Source: Candidatus Acidiferrum sp. (GTDB taxonomy: Bacteria > Acidobacteriota > Terriglobia > Acidiferrales > UBA7541). Taken from it: 64,000 nt of DNA. The stretch covers positions 8,358 through 72,357 of the forward strand of contig DATEHE010000008.1 in assembly GCA_035279745.1 (NCBI GenBank), written 5' to 3'. Positions 10,005-20,834 of this stretch are shown here, in pieces. The notes below the pieces were generated by a model that saw only the letters and a program-made list of their open reading frames with translations, made no database searches and was not told where the DNA came from. Every line of letters begins with the position of its first letter. The stretch's first letter is position 1. The position numbers and the translations under genes were made by a program.

Positions 10005-10196
10005 ATGGCATTGAAGTGTGAATTTTGCGGCAAGGCGCCGCATTATGGAAATGTAATCAGTCACGCGAATAATACCCGGCGCAGAAGGTGGAATCCGAAC
10101 CTAAAACGCGTGCGTGCGGTCGTGAGCGGCGTTGAAAAGCACGTGCGCGTTTGCACCGCTTGCATTCGCGCAGGCCGTGTGAAGAAAGCGGCTTGA
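10005..10196 (+). CDS. rpmB: 50S ribosomal protein L28
   Basis: 63 aa, MALKCEFCGKAPHYGNVISHANNTRRRRWNPNLKRVR, which is typical L28. Confidence 0.9.
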   Translation: MALKCEFCGKAPHYGNVISHANNTRRRRWNPNLKRVRAVVSGVEKHVRVCTACIRAGRVKKAA

Positions 10197-10285
10197 GTAT
10201 CCCCGCCTTGAAGCTACTGCATTTAAAAAGCAACTCGAACTACGGCGCGCGTGTTCAATCGAATGGTGCGCCACGCTTTTATTTG

Positions 10286-11359
10286 ATGTTGCCAGCGGCG
10301 GCTTTCGCGCTCGTGTTGGCTAGCGGCTGTGCGCAGAAGTCCCAGCCTGCCCCCGACGTTTGGGCGGTTGTAAACGGCCAGGAAATCAAGCGCGACGACG
10401 TCGAAAAATATTATCGCACCCGCGTCAATCCGGAAGGGCAGGAGCCATCGCAGGAAGAAGCCCTATCCTTAAAGCTGAATGTGCTGGACGAGTTGATTAA
10501 CAACGAAATCTTGCTTGAGCGCGCCAAGAAATTGAACCTTGAAGCCAGCGACGGTGAAGTGGAGGACAAATTCACCGAACTGAAAAGCCCCTACACCGAA
10601 GATGAGTTTCAGCGTCAACTGAAAGACCGCGGCGTCACCGTCGATGATTTGAAGAGCGACCTACGCCGGCAGCTTTCCATCACGAAACTCCTCAATCATG
10701 AGGTGGTCGCGAAAATCAGCATCACCGACCAGGATATTGCGGACGCCTACAACGCGAATAAAGCCCAGTTCAACATCGCCGAGCCACGCTATCGGATTTC
10801 GGAAATTGTCGTGACGCCGCGCAAAGAATCGCAGATTCGAAATTTGAAGAATGACGACGCAACCAACGAAGCGGAAGCACAGCGCAAAGTGAAAATGCTC
10901 GAGGACAAACTGAGCAGCGGCGCGGATTTTGCCCAACTGGCGATGGACTATTCGGAAGACTTGAACTCCGCAGCGATGGGCGGGGATTTGGGCTATGTTC
11001 CGGAATCGGCGCTGAACCAGTCTGACCCGATACTGAAGAAAGCGGTGATGGGCATGCAGTCGGGGCAGGTCAGCCCACCGTTGTTGATTCAATCAAAGGA
11101 TGGGCCGCGCTTTGTAATCCTGAAATTGATATCGCGTGAATCTCCGGGACAGCGTAGCTTAAGCGACCCGCAGGTGCAGCAGACGATTCGCGACACGCTG
11201 CGAAATCATAAGGAACAGCTTCTGCGTGCGGCGTACCTTTCGATCGCGCGCGATGAATCGCACGTGACAAATTATCTGGCGCAGCAAATCATCGAATCCT
11301 CAGGACGGCTGCCGGAAGCGTCAAAACCAATTCTGCCGGAAAAATCCGGCGGGCATTAA
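10286..11359 (+). CDS. SurA-like peptidyl-prolyl isomerase lipoprotein (PpiC/parvulin family)
   Basis: Signal peptide with lipobox LASGC, a SurA N-terminal-like region and a parvulin region (FAQLAMDYSED...GGDLGYV). Confidence 0.8.
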   Translation: MLPAAAFALVLASGCAQKSQPAPDVWAVVNGQEIKRDDVEKYYRTRVNPEGQEPSQEEALSLKLNVLDELINNEILLERAKKLNLEASDGEVEDKFTELKSPYTEDEFQRQLKDRGVTVDDLKSDLRRQLSITKLLNHEVVAKISITDQDIADAYNANKAQFNIAEPRYRISEIVVTPRKESQIRNLKNDDATNEAEAQRKVKMLEDKLSSGADFAQLAMDYSEDLNSAAMGGDLGYVPESALNQSDPILKKAVMGMQSGQVSPPLLIQSKDGPRFVILKLISRESPGQRSLSDPQVQQTIRDTLRNHKEQLLRAAYLSIARDESHVTNYLAQQIIESSGRLPEASKPILPEKSGGH

Positions 11360-11495
11360 TTCTCGTCGTATTCATAAAATTCGGGAAAGTTTTGGGAGCG
11401 ATCCGGCCTAATGCGGAGGAGAGCGTCGCGCACAGCTCCTTGCGAAGTCTCGGCTCACCGACGGCAACAACGGTGGTCTAGTCGCCCATTCGAAC

Positions 11496-12008
11496 TCAGG
11501 AAACCACGCACAGGGCTTCGCCGGCATTCACGGCCTGGCCGGCCTGGACCAGCAGGCGTTCGACAGCGCCCTGTTTCGGAGATCGAATTTCGTTTTGCAT
11601 TTTCATGGCTTCGATGACCAGCAAGCCTTGCCCTGCCTCAACATGGTCGCCGGCTTGCACAAGCAGGCGCACAACTTTGCCGGGCATGGGAGCGACAACC
11701 TGTTGGCGGCCTTCGAGTTGAATTGCGCTGTGGCTGCGGCCGCGCCATGCGCGAGGGTCGGCCACGGCAGCCGCGAATTCCCGCAGGCCAGTTTGCATCT
11801 TGAGCTGCCCGTCCGAAAGCTCCGTAACATGCACTTCGATAGACTGGCCATCGAGGAGGACCGAGAGCGTGTGAGGGGAGACCTGAACGACATCTGCTTC
11901 CACGGGTTTGCCGTCGAGGACAATTTTCCAGCGATCTTGATCTCGCGCGAGATCAACGATGCGCGTACTCTTGCCGGAAGCGCCGCTAAACTGGACCTCG
12001 AACTTCAT
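11496..12008 (-). CDS. biotin carboxyl carrier protein of an acyl-CoA carboxylase
   Basis: C-terminal biotinyl domain with EAMKMQNEI. The ATG at 12008 overlaps the stop of the upstream biotin carboxylase gene by 4 nt. Confidence 0.8.
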   Translation of the reverse strand: MKFEVQFSGASGKSTRIVDLARDQDRWKIVLDGKPVEADVVQVSPHTLSVLLDGQSIEVHVTELSDGQLKMQTGLREFAAAVADPRAWRGRSHSAIQLEGRQQVVAPMPGKVVRLLVQAGDHVEAGQGLLVIEAMKMQNEIRSPKQGAVERLLVQAGQAVNAGEALCVVS

Positions 12009-13543
12009 GTCGCGTTGTCTAGCTGCTGGCGGCGGCCGTCCTGTTTCCATCGGGAAGACGGCTGTGGATCCTGCGTGCGGGCTGCGGAGGCTAAATGCGC
12101 CTCCATTTTCTTCGCCTGCCAGAAGGCAGCGGCGATCGCCGTGGCGTCGGCCACAATACCGGGAGTTTCTGGCTGGCGCGAATTCAATTGAACGCTCGCG
12201 GGCTGGTGAAGCAACTCGTCCAGCCACTTTGTATGGATCTCTCCCCGCAAGAAATCCGATTCCGAGAGGATGCGACGAAACAAACCGGCGTTGGACTTGA
12301 TGCCCGTCACGCTGTACTCCTCCAGGGCACGGCGGAGGCGTGCAATGGTTTCCTCGCGGCTATTGCCCCACGCAATCAGCTTGCTTAGAAGCGGGTCATA
12401 ATCCATGGGCACCGTCCAACCCTCATAAACGCCTTCATCCATGCGAATTCCAGGTCCACTCGGAGCGTGCCTGGAGAGAATCGTACCAGGCGATGGAAAA
12501 AAATTGTTCTCTGGGTCTTCCGCGTAGAGTCGCACTTCGATGGCGTGCCCGCGTGGAGTAATCGTCTCCCAGGCGAAGGGCAGCCGGTGCCCTGCAGCAA
12601 TTGCGATTTGCAGCTTGACGAGATCAAGGCCGGTGACCTGTTCCGTCACAGGATGTTCCACTTGAAGGCGCGTATTCACTTCGAGAAAATAAAAATTCAG
12701 GTGAGCATCCACCAGAAATTCCACTGTTCCTGCGTTGACGTAACCTCCCGCGCGAGCGAGGCGCACGGCGGCATCGCCCATTTTCTTCCGTAACTCCGGC
12801 GTTACGACCGGCGATGGCGCCTCCTCAATCACTTTCTGATGGCGGCGCTGGATAGAGCATTCGCGTTCTCCAAGCGAAACAACGCGGCCATGTGTATCCG
12901 CCAGAATCTGAATCTCAATGTGCCGCGGCTGTTCCAGGTATTTTTCGAGATACAAACGGCCATCGCCGAAAGCGTTCAGGGCCTCGGACGACGCATCCCG
13001 CCAGGAGGCAGCGAACTCGGGGTCGCCGGTTACCAACCTCATGCCTTTCCCGCCACCGCCAGCAACGGCTTTCAAGAGCACCGGGTAGCCCATATTCTGG
13101 GCGAGAGCGCGGGCATCCTCGGGGCCGGCAATCGGATCGTTCGCGCCGGGCACCGTCGGAACATTGGACCGGCGGGCAAGTTGGCGGCCAGCGGTTTTCG
13201 AACCGAGTGCTTCCATAGCATCGGCGGGCGGACCGATAAATGTGATGCCCGACTCGAGGCAAGCGCGCGCCAGCTCCGGATTCTCCGCGAGGAAGCCGTA
13301 TCCGGGATGCAAGGCGTCGCAACCCGCGCGCTTGGCGGCGCCGATGATTTTTCCAATGCTTAGATAGCTTTCACGAGAAGGGGCCGCCCCAATGAAATAA
13401 GCTTCATCGGCCAGACGGACGTGCAGCGATTTTCGGTCGACATCGCTGAATACGGCTGCGGAGCGAATCCCCAGTTCGCGGCAAGCCCGCAGGATCCGCA
13501 CCGCAATTTCGCCGCGGTTAGCAATCAGGATTTTGCGAAACAT
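12005..13543 (-). CDS. accC: biotin carboxylase subunit (AccC-like) with C-terminal extension
   Basis: Starts MFRKILIANRGEIAVRILRA and has the ATP-grasp core. It runs about 60 aa beyond the usual AccC end. Confidence 0.9.
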   Translation of the reverse strand: MFRKILIANRGEIAVRILRACRELGIRSAAVFSDVDRKSLHVRLADEAYFIGAAPSRESYLSIGKIIGAAKRAGCDALHPGYGFLAENPELARACLESGITFIGPPADAMEALGSKTAGRQLARRSNVPTVPGANDPIAGPEDARALAQNMGYPVLLKAVAGGGGKGMRLVTGDPEFAASWRDASSEALNAFGDGRLYLEKYLEQPRHIEIQILADTHGRVVSLGERECSIQRRHQKVIEEAPSPVVTPELRKKMGDAAVRLARAGGYVNAGTVEFLVDAHLNFYFLEVNTRLQVEHPVTEQVTGLDLVKLQIAIAAGHRLPFAWETITPRGHAIEVRLYAEDPENNFFPSPGTILSRHAPSGPGIRMDEGVYEGWTVPMDYDPLLSKLIAWGNSREETIARLRRALEEYSVTGIKSNAGLFRRILSESDFLRGEIHTKWLDELLHQPASVQLNSRQPETPGIVADATAIAAAFWQAKKMEAHLASAARTQDPQPSSRWKQDGRRQQLDNAT

Positions 13544-13666
13544 GAGCCTTTGTGTTGCCGCGAGGATTTTAGCATGGGGCACACCGGCGACGAGCTAGGG
13601 GATCTCACAGGTTGCCCAATAATTCGAACCGATAATGCCGGAATATGCGGTGCCGGTGTTCAGACG

Positions 13667-15307
13667 CTAAAGCGGGATATTGCCGTGTTTCTTGCGGGGA
13701 TTCGTGTCGCGCTTGTTCTCGAGTGCTCGGAGTGCCGTGATGAGGCGGGGACGAGTTTCCGCAGGCTCGATCACCGCGTCAATATAACCCTTTTCAGCTG
13801 CGACAAAGGGATTCGCAAAACGCTCGCGAAATTCTTCGATTTTTTCCTGGCGCAGTCTTTCGCGATCTGCTTCCGGAGCCTTGTCCAACTCGCGTTTATA
13901 AACAATATTGACGGCACCCTCCGGCCCCATGACTGCAATTTCCGCGGTGGGCCAGGCGAAGTTGGCGTCCGTGCGAATGTGCTTGCTGGCCATGACGCAG
14001 TACGCGCCGCCGTAAGCTTTGCGTGTAATCACGGTGATCTTGGGGACGGTTGCCTCGGCGAAGGCGAAGAGCAGTTTCGCCCCGTGCTTGATGATCCCGC
14101 CGAATTCCTGCTGCGTTCCGGGCAGGAAGCCGGGGACATCTTCAAACGTGATCAAGGGAATGTTGAACGCGTCGCAAAAGCGAACGAAGCGCGCGCCTTT
14201 CAACGAGGCATTGATATCGAGGACGCCAGCAAGAAACGCAGGCTGGTTCGCGACGAGGCCGACTGTGCGGCCATCCAGTCGCGCGAATCCAACAACGATG
14301 TTCCTGGCAAAGTGTTCCTGAACCTCAAAGAAATAGCCGTCATCCACAATCGCGTGGATAGCGTCCTTGATGTCGTATGGTTTTTGGGCTTCCTCGGGCA
14401 CGAGTGAATTCAAGGATGCTTCGCGGCGCTCCGTTGGATCGGAGCAAACCCGTGCGGGCGGGTCATCCACGTTGTTGGAGGGGAGGAAACTCAGCAATTC
14501 GCGAATCATAGCGAGGCAATCGGCGTCGTCGGCAGCAACGAAATGCGCCACGCCGCTTTTCTCGTTGTGCGTCATCGCTCCACCGAGTTCCTCTTTGGAA
14601 ACCTCCTCATGCGTGACCGTCTTAATGACATCGGGCCCGGTGACGAACATGTAAGAAGTCTCGCGCGTCATGAAGATGAAATCAGTGATGGCAGGGGAAT
14701 AGACGGCGCCACCCGCGCACGGGCCCATGATTGCGCTGATCTGAGGGACCACGCCGCTCGCCAGGGTGTTGCGAAGAAAAATATCGGCGTACCCAGCCAG
14801 GGACGCAACGCCTTCCTGGATGCGAGCACCGCCCGAGTCGTTCAGGCCAATCACAGGCGCGCCGGCACGCATGGCGAGATCCATGATTTTGCAAATCTTG
14901 CGGGCGTTGGCCTCGGAGAGCGAACCGCCGAAAACCGTAAAATCCTGAGCGAAGATGTACACAAGGCGGCCATCAATGCGGCCAAAGCCGGTGACAAAAC
15001 CGTCGCCGGCCGGACGCTGATCCTGCATGCCGAAATCAACGCAACCATGGCGGACAAACTTGTCGAGTTCTTCGAAAGTGCCTTCGTCCAGCAGAAGATG
15101 AATGCGTTCGCGCGCGGAAAGTTTGCCGGCTTTGTGCTCTCGTTCACGCCGTTCGGGTCCGCCGCCAGCTTCCGCTTCCTCCGATTGGCGCCGCAACTCG
15201 GCCATACGGTCGAAGTGTTTGGCTTTCGCGCTGGCTGCGGCGTTCTCTTCAGACAAGTTTCCCTCCTGGATCAGACGCATCGTCCCTTGAGAATATCCGG
15301 ACGGCAA
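13667..15307 (-). CDS. acyl-CoA carboxylase carboxyltransferase subunit (propionyl-CoA carboxylase beta / methylmalonyl-CoA carboxyltransferase family)
   Basis: Contains [20 protein letters not shown] and a tandem crotonase-like carboxyltransferase sequence. The start is either TTG 15307 or ATG 15280. Confidence 0.9.
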   Translation of the reverse strand: MPSGYSQGTMRLIQEGNLSEENAAASAKAKHFDRMAELRRQSEEAEAGGGPERREREHKAGKLSARERIHLLLDEGTFEELDKFVRHGCVDFGMQDQRPAGDGFVTGFGRIDGRLVYIFAQDFTVFGGSLSEANARKICKIMDLAMRAGAPVIGLNDSGGARIQEGVASLAGYADIFLRNTLASGVVPQISAIMGPCAGGAVYSPAITDFIFMTRETSYMFVTGPDVIKTVTHEEVSKEELGGAMTHNEKSGVAHFVAADDADCLAMIRELLSFLPSNNVDDPPARVCSDPTERREASLNSLVPEEAQKPYDIKDAIHAIVDDGYFFEVQEHFARNIVVGFARLDGRTVGLVANQPAFLAGVLDINASLKGARFVRFCDAFNIPLITFEDVPGFLPGTQQEFGGIIKHGAKLLFAFAEATVPKITVITRKAYGGAYCVMASKHIRTDANFAWPTAEIAVMGPEGAVNIVYKRELDKAPEADRERLRQEKIEEFRERFANPFVAAEKGYIDAVIEPAETRPRLITALRALENKRDTNPRKKHGNIPL

Positions 15308-15512
15308 GATGAGTAGCCAGCCAGGTGGTTCCGAGAAGCAGGACCACGCCCAAGAGCATCTCCGCGCAAATCGCGCCGACGCGATCGAACGCGGAGTGCA
15401 AGGAAGTCACATAGATCGTGGCGCGCACGAGAATGAAGAGCGCCCCCAAGGTCATCGCCACAACCAGAGCTGTCGTAACAATGGAGGCGACAATCATTTT
15501 CATGCGACGCAA
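15249..15512 (-). CDS. possible small two-helix membrane protein
   Basis: 87 aa with two hydrophobic helices. It overlaps the 5' end of the carboxyltransferase gene and has no recognisable family. Confidence 0.25.
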   Translation of the reverse strand: MRRMKMIVASIVTTALVVAMTLGALFILVRATIYVTSLHSAFDRVGAICAEMLLGVVLLLGTTWLATHLAVRIFSRDDASDPGGKLV

Positions 15513-15599
15513 ATGGAACCTGCCAGCCGCCAGCAGAAGGATAGCGCAATCCGCGGCAAATCAGAATGTACTTGAAAAAGTCGAAAGCGCCTTCGAAAC

Positions 15600-16052
15600 T
15601 CAGCGCAAACCGGACCAATCATCGGCAACGAGGATTGAGTCGCTGGGATTGGACGGATCATACTTCACGCTTGCCGGCTGCCCGGCAACGAGCCGCTCGA
15701 AGCGTATTTGACCCTCGAGGCCGGTAATGTCCTGAGCGGTGTGGTAGGTGACGCCCGAGATGGCGTAACTATAAGTGACCAGATGGCGAGGACTAGGGGA
15801 AGCAAGCGGCCGCGCGCGAGAGCCAAAAAATTTTCGGGGGGCTTCGTGCGCTTCGACGGGATGCTGAGCGAGTTCGACCACCTGGCCCTCCGCAATGCGC
15901 CCGATTTGGTTCAGATGAAGGCGCCGCTTGCGTTCGAGTTCGTCCGGTTCTTCCGCCGGACGAAAAAAGGCATATGCAATCATCAAGACGGCTACCAGCG
16001 CAGCCGCACCCATAGCCACAACGAGCTTCCAATCGGCAAACAAACCTTTCAA
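15600..16052 (-). CDS. DUF3592-like membrane-anchored protein
   Basis: N-terminal TM helix, then VTYSYAISGVTYHT...VKYDPSNPSDSIL, which is typical of DUF3592. Confidence 0.6.
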   Translation of the reverse strand: MKGLFADWKLVVAMGAAALVAVLMIAYAFFRPAEEPDELERKRRLHLNQIGRIAEGQVVELAQHPVEAHEAPRKFFGSRARPLASPSPRHLVTYSYAISGVTYHTAQDITGLEGQIRFERLVAGQPASVKYDPSNPSDSILVADDWSGLR

Positions 16053-16187
16053 GAGTCGGGCTCCTGCTTCAGAAAGAATCTCAGAGCGTAGGGCGCCTAC
16101 GGCGCTTTCCTGTTAAGCGGCGGGAACTCAACTGCGCTTACAGCCCCACACCCGCATATTTTACCGAAACTGGGGTAGGCCGGGTAA

Positions 16188-16976
16188 CTACGCGGACGCG
16201 GCGTGCACCGGATTACGCAACACGCCGATTCCGCTGACGCTGACCTCAACGGAGTCTCCCGCAACGAGGGGACCGACTCCCGCGGGCGTGCCCGTCGCGA
16301 TTACGTCGCCCGGGCTGAGCGTCATGACGCGCGAGATCCAGCGCACGATAAACGCCACGGGATAAATCATCAACGAGGTACGGCCGGACTGCCGCAGAGT
16401 TCCATTCACTCTTGTCTCGACCGTCAGATCCGCCGGATTGAGCTCCGTTTCGATGTGCGGCCCGACAGGGCAAAATGTGTCAAAGCCCTTCGCGCGCGTA
16501 AACTGCACGTCGCTTTTTTGTAGATCGCGCGCGGTGATATCGTTCAGGCAACTGTAGCCAAGCAGGTAGGGCAAGGCGTCGTCATCGTCCTTGAGATGAG
16601 AGCATTTCTTTCCTACGATCAGCGCCAGCTCGCCCTCGTGTTCGACTCGCTGGGATTGCGGCGTCAAAATAATAGGATCTCCTGGTCCAACCAAAGAGGA
16701 GGGCGGCTTCAGGAAAATGAGAGGTTCCTTAGGGAGTTCGTTTCCTAGCTCGGCGGCATGCGCGGCGTAATTCCTGCCTACGCAAACAATTTTCGTCGGA
16801 TCGACCGGGGCCAGAAATTGAACTTGATCCGCCTCCCAAGCCTGCGGGCCCCGCGTCCAGGAGAACCAGGGAGCGCCGGAGATTTGGAGTACCCGGCCGC
16901 CCTCGATCAGCCCATAAGACGGAAGCTGATCGTGCGGAGAAGAAGCGTTCAGTGAACGAAATCGGCAAAATTTCAT
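16188..16976 (-). CDS. fumarylacetoacetate hydrolase family protein
   Basis: FAH-fold sequence (GRNYAAHAAELG, EGELALIVGK, GDVIATGTPAGVG). Confidence 0.85.
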   Translation of the reverse strand: MKFCRFRSLNASSPHDQLPSYGLIEGGRVLQISGAPWFSWTRGPQAWEADQVQFLAPVDPTKIVCVGRNYAAHAAELGNELPKEPLIFLKPPSSLVGPGDPIILTPQSQRVEHEGELALIVGKKCSHLKDDDDALPYLLGYSCLNDITARDLQKSDVQFTRAKGFDTFCPVGPHIETELNPADLTVETRVNGTLRQSGRTSLMIYPVAFIVRWISRVMTLSPGDVIATGTPAGVGPLVAGDSVEVSVSGIGVLRNPVHAASA

Positions 16977-16988
16977 AAATATTCAGTT

Positions 16989-17507
16989 CTAAATATGATT
17001 CGAATGATGTACGTCTGAGGCGCGAGCACGCCGGATGATAGTGCCAATCCAGCATACCGTGACTGCGAGCAAATAAACTACTGCTCCGAGTACAAAAATT
17101 TGCACGGCGCTGTAGCGTGCTCCCAAGCCCGGAAACGCGAGCGAGAGAATGCGGTACGCCACGCTGAAGATCAACCAACCCACGAGGCTGGAAGACAGCA
17201 AATTGCCGGGTAGCCGCCAGAACCGCAACACGGGGATCACCGCCAACACGCCGAGTACCGCAACTGCCGCGAGATTCCGCACGAGCGCGAAGTTTTCGAG
17301 TGCGGGGGCGCGGTTCGCGACAATAACCCACGCGCTGAACACGACAGACAAAAGGATCCCGACGTAAATGCCCGTTCGAACCGAAGAATTTCGAAACAGG
17401 TGCAACGAACCATAGACCGGCAAGTGTGCTCGAACAGACGTCAAACTTTGCGCTCCCAAGAATTTCGCAAAAATCCCGGAGCTACGAGGAAGGTACCGTG
17501 ACATCAA
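16989..17507 (-). CDS. hypothetical integral membrane protein
   Basis: 172 aa with 4-5 hydrophobic segments and no recognisable family. Confidence 0.4.
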   Translation of the reverse strand: MMSRYLPRSSGIFAKFLGAQSLTSVRAHLPVYGSLHLFRNSSVRTGIYVGILLSVVFSAWVIVANRAPALENFALVRNLAAVAVLGVLAVIPVLRFWRLPGNLLSSSLVGWLIFSVAYRILSLAFPGLGARYSAVQIFVLGAVVYLLAVTVCWIGTIIRRARASDVHHSNHI

Positions 17508-18666
17508 CGGCGACGGCAGTACTCGAGGCGCTTTCGTTGCCGGCGCGATCCACGGCGGTCACGGTATACCAGTAGCGGTGGCCGGGTACCACAGACGTAT
17601 CACGATAAGCGGGCGCAAGCAACAATTGCGGAGTTACAAGCTCGCCGCGTGTGCCCTGCTGCTCACTCCTATACATGCGGTAACCGGCGAGGTCGGTTTC
17701 AAGTCCGATTCCCCAGGAAAGGTCCACGATCGCGGAGGCCGGAGTGGGACCCGGGGCAATCGCCGCGACGAGATTTTGCGGAGCCGAGGGAGGGAATGTG
17801 TCGCGGGGAGTAACGATGGCTGGCGCAGAATCCGAAGACTCGAGCGAATTGCCATCGGCGATGACCACGCTTCTGACTACGTACAAATAAGTTTTTCCAA
17901 ATTCAAAAAACGTATCGTTGTAGGAATTTTCGCTTGGACTAGCGAGGAGCAATAGCGGCGCTTTCCAACGTGCCTTGGAGAGATCGGTGGACGCTGCCAT
18001 GGCGGAGGCGGGATCCGGTTCGCCGCGATAGACATGGTAGCCAGTGAGCTGCGAAAGCGGTTGACCACCGGAAGTGCGAGTGGGTGCCGCCCAGTTCAGT
18101 TCGATTGAAGACTCGGTGACGCGCGCTTGAACTTCGCCAATTGGCTCCGCGACAGGGAACATGCGCGTGGAAACGACATTGGAATCCGCCGAAGAGCGCT
18201 TCCTCGACGCGCGCGTGCGGACGAGGTAGAGAAGCTCACCACCGGGATTAGCGGTGGTCTCGGAGGGCGAGACGGGGTCGACGAACTTTACGTGGCCTTC
18301 GGAAACATAGTTGGCGACGAGCGCGCCGGGAATCGTGTAGACCACGCGAAACGATTTCTTGTCGGGAGTGCCGTTTGGTCTTTCGGCGCCGCGGAGAATT
18401 TCAACGGCCGGTTGCGCGGCGAGGCGGTCACCGGCAACAGTCTTGGTGGGCAATGTAAAAGTGAGCTCCACGCCGTCGCCCGATTGATGTGCGGCAAGGT
18501 CCGCCACCGCAACAGGAATCGGGGGCGATGGAGGAACTGGTTCGCCCGGAGCGCCGCAACCTTCGATCGTGAAAAGAATTAGCGCCGCTGGAAGCCACGC
18601 CGCACGCGCGAAACGGGTATGTTCCACGTGACACAACAGCATCTTCCGGGAATGTCGAGTCTGCAT
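17482..18666 (-). CDS. fibronectin type III-like repeat lipoprotein
   Basis: Lipobox-like FTIEGC and two FN3-like segments (GYHVYRGE, GYRMYRSE...YWYTVTAVDRAGNES). Confidence 0.6.
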   Translation of the reverse strand: MQTRHSRKMLLCHVEHTRFARAAWLPAALILFTIEGCGAPGEPVPPSPPIPVAVADLAAHQSGDGVELTFTLPTKTVAGDRLAAQPAVEILRGAERPNGTPDKKSFRVVYTIPGALVANYVSEGHVKFVDPVSPSETTANPGGELLYLVRTRASRKRSSADSNVVSTRMFPVAEPIGEVQARVTESSIELNWAAPTRTSGGQPLSQLTGYHVYRGEPDPASAMAASTDLSKARWKAPLLLLASPSENSYNDTFFEFGKTYLYVVRSVVIADGNSLESSDSAPAIVTPRDTFPPSAPQNLVAAIAPGPTPASAIVDLSWGIGLETDLAGYRMYRSEQQGTRGELVTPQLLLAPAYRDTSVVPGHRYWYTVTAVDRAGNESASSTAVAVDVTVPSS

Positions 18667-18681
18667 TGGCGAGACGCGAGC

Positions 18682-20121
18682 TTACAGGATGTACCGGCTC
18701 AAGTCTTGATTTTTCACAATGTCCGCAAGTTGCTTGTTGACATAAGCGGCGTCCACTTTGATGTTCTTTTTTTTGAGGTCCGGCGCTTCGAAAGAAAGTT
18801 CGTCAAGGACTTTTTCAAGGATCGTGTGGAGGCGGCGAGCGCCAATATTTTCCGTTTGTTCGTTCACGCTCGTTGCGAAACGGGCGATGGCCGCCACTGC
18901 GTCCTCGGTGATGTGGAGCTTCACGCCCTCCGTTTCAAGCAACGCGACGTATTGCTTGATCAGGGCATTTTTCGGCTCGGTCAGGATGCGAATGAAATCA
19001 TCTTCCTTCAGAGATTGCAGCTCGACTCGAATTGGCAGGCGCCCCTGTAATTCGGGGATGAGGTCGGATGGTTTGGTCACATGAAATGCACCGGCGGCGA
19101 TGAACAAAATGTGATCCGTTCGAATCATTCCATAGCGCGTATTCACCGTGGTGCCCTCGATGATCGGCAAAATGTCACGCTGGACGCCTTCGCGGGAAAC
19201 ATCCGGACCGTGGCCCGATTCGCGCCCAGCAACTTTATCGATCTCATCGATGAACACGATTCCCATTTGTTCGGCGCGCTCGACGGCGATTCGCGTCACC
19301 TGATCCATATCCAGCAGCCGATTTTCCTCTTCTTGGATCAAGTATTCGAACGCATCGGCCACCGTCATCTTGCGCTTCTTTTTCTGCTGGCCGAACATGC
19401 CGGAAAGCATGTCCTTGATATTGACGTCCATTTCCTCGACGCCCTGGTTCGAAATAATTTCGAAGGACGGCATGGACCGTTCTCGCACTTCGATATCCAC
19501 CATGCGTTGGTCGAGCTTCGCTTCTCGTAGCTGAACCCTGAGCTTTTCGCGCGTGCGTTGGGTCTGTTCGCGTTGCGCTGCCGCATCGGCTTCCGAAGTT
19601 CCCGGCGCGGGCGGCGGAGACGGCGGCAGCAACAGGTCCAGCACGCGCTCTTCGGCCGCTTGTTCGGCGCGGTCGGCGACCTCATCCAATTTTTCTTCGC
19701 GCACCATATCAATCGATGTTTCGACCAGGTCGCGCACCATGGATTCAACGTCGCGTCCAACGTAGCCTACTTCCGTGTACTTTGACGCTTCGACTTTCAC
19801 GAAGGGGCAGCCCGCCAGGCGTGCCAGCCGCCGCGCAATTTCGGTCTTGCCGACGCCCGTTGGGCCAATCATCAAAATATTTTTGGGAAGAACGTCCTCG
19901 GCAATTTCCGGCGGAAGCTTTTGCCGCCGCACGCGGTTGCGCAACGCCACAGCCACCGCGCGCTTGGCCGCATCCTGCCCCACGATGTATTTATCGAGTT
20001 CCGCTACGATCTCGCGCGGCGTCATGTCGTCCAGGGCGGGAAGGAGCTCCTGTTCCTCGGCAGCGGGCGCGCCGTTGCCTCCCGCTACCAGCGCAATCTC
20101 TTTTTCGGTCTTACTGGCCAT
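18682..20121 (-). CDS. hslU: ATP-dependent protease ATPase subunit HslU
   Basis: Walker [16 protein letters not shown], Walker B VFIDEIDK and full-length HslU similarity. Confidence 0.95.
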   Translation of the reverse strand: MASKTEKEIALVAGGNGAPAAEEQELLPALDDMTPREIVAELDKYIVGQDAAKRAVAVALRNRVRRQKLPPEIAEDVLPKNILMIGPTGVGKTEIARRLARLAGCPFVKVEASKYTEVGYVGRDVESMVRDLVETSIDMVREEKLDEVADRAEQAAEERVLDLLLPPSPPPAPGTSEADAAAQREQTQRTREKLRVQLREAKLDQRMVDIEVRERSMPSFEIISNQGVEEMDVNIKDMLSGMFGQQKKKRKMTVADAFEYLIQEEENRLLDMDQVTRIAVERAEQMGIVFIDEIDKVAGRESGHGPDVSREGVQRDILPIIEGTTVNTRYGMIRTDHILFIAAGAFHVTKPSDLIPELQGRLPIRVELQSLKEDDFIRILTEPKNALIKQYVALLETEGVKLHITEDAVAAIARFATSVNEQTENIGARRLHTILEKVLDELSFEAPDLKKKNIKVDAAYVNKQLADIVKNQDLSRYIL

Positions 20122-20202
20122 GAACCATCCGATCTCTCTGCAATCTCTCCGTCCGCAATCCCTTGGATGCCGCTCTTCGGCGAAAGATATTCCGCGGCGA
20201 CC

Positions 20203-20796
20203 CTAGAGTTCTTCCACTGTAAAATTGGCGTTGGTAAAAATGCAAATCTCGCTGGCGATACGCATCGCCTCCATCGCCAGATCTTTCGCGCTTAACTTGG
20301 AATGCTTCAGGAGCGCGCGCGCCGCAGCCAGCGCAAAGGTGCCTCCGGAACCGATGGCGCAAAGGCCGTCATCCGGCTCAATCACGTCGCCGTTTCCTGA
20401 CAGTAGAAATGTTGATTTTGCGTCCGCGACGACGAGCAGTGCCTCCAGATGTCGTAGTGCGCGATCTTTTCGCCACTCTTTGGCCAGCTCGACGGCGGCT
20501 TTCTGCAAGTTTCCCGAGTGCTCCTGCAACTTGCCTTCAAAACGTTCAAACAAAGTAATCGCATCGGCTGTTGATCCTGCAAATCCCGCGACGACCTTGT
20601 CGTTATAGAGCCGGCGCGTCTTCCGCGCGGTGTGTTTCATCACGTGATCGCCCATGGTTACCTGCCCGTCGGCGATCAGCACAACTTTATTGTCTTTGCG
20701 CACGCACAGCACCGTTGTGCCGTGCAACTGCGCGCTCCCTTGGCTCGAACGCATCCACTCATTATACAACGCCGGCTCATCAGGGACGCTCGCCAA
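20203..20796 (-). CDS. hslV: ATP-dependent protease subunit HslV (with N-terminal extension)
   Basis: Contains [22 protein letters not shown] and [14 protein letters not shown]. The catalytic Thr is not adjacent to any start codon. Confidence 0.9.
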   Translation of the reverse strand: MASVPDEPALYNEWMRSSQGSAQLHGTTVLCVRKDNKVVLIADGQVTMGDHVMKHTARKTRRLYNDKVVAGFAGSTADAITLFERFEGKLQEHSGNLQKAAVELAKEWRKDRALRHLEALLVVADAKSTFLLSGNGDVIEPDDGLCAIGSGGTFALAAARALLKHSKLSAKDLAMEAMRIASEICIFTNANFTVEEL

Positions 20797-20834
20797 GTTT
20801 TGTAGTCACATCCCGCCACCGAGACACGCCGGAA

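Noticed and set aside
13421-14407. 328-aa plus-strand ORF
   Set aside because: It is antisense to the end of accC and to the carboxyltransferase gene.
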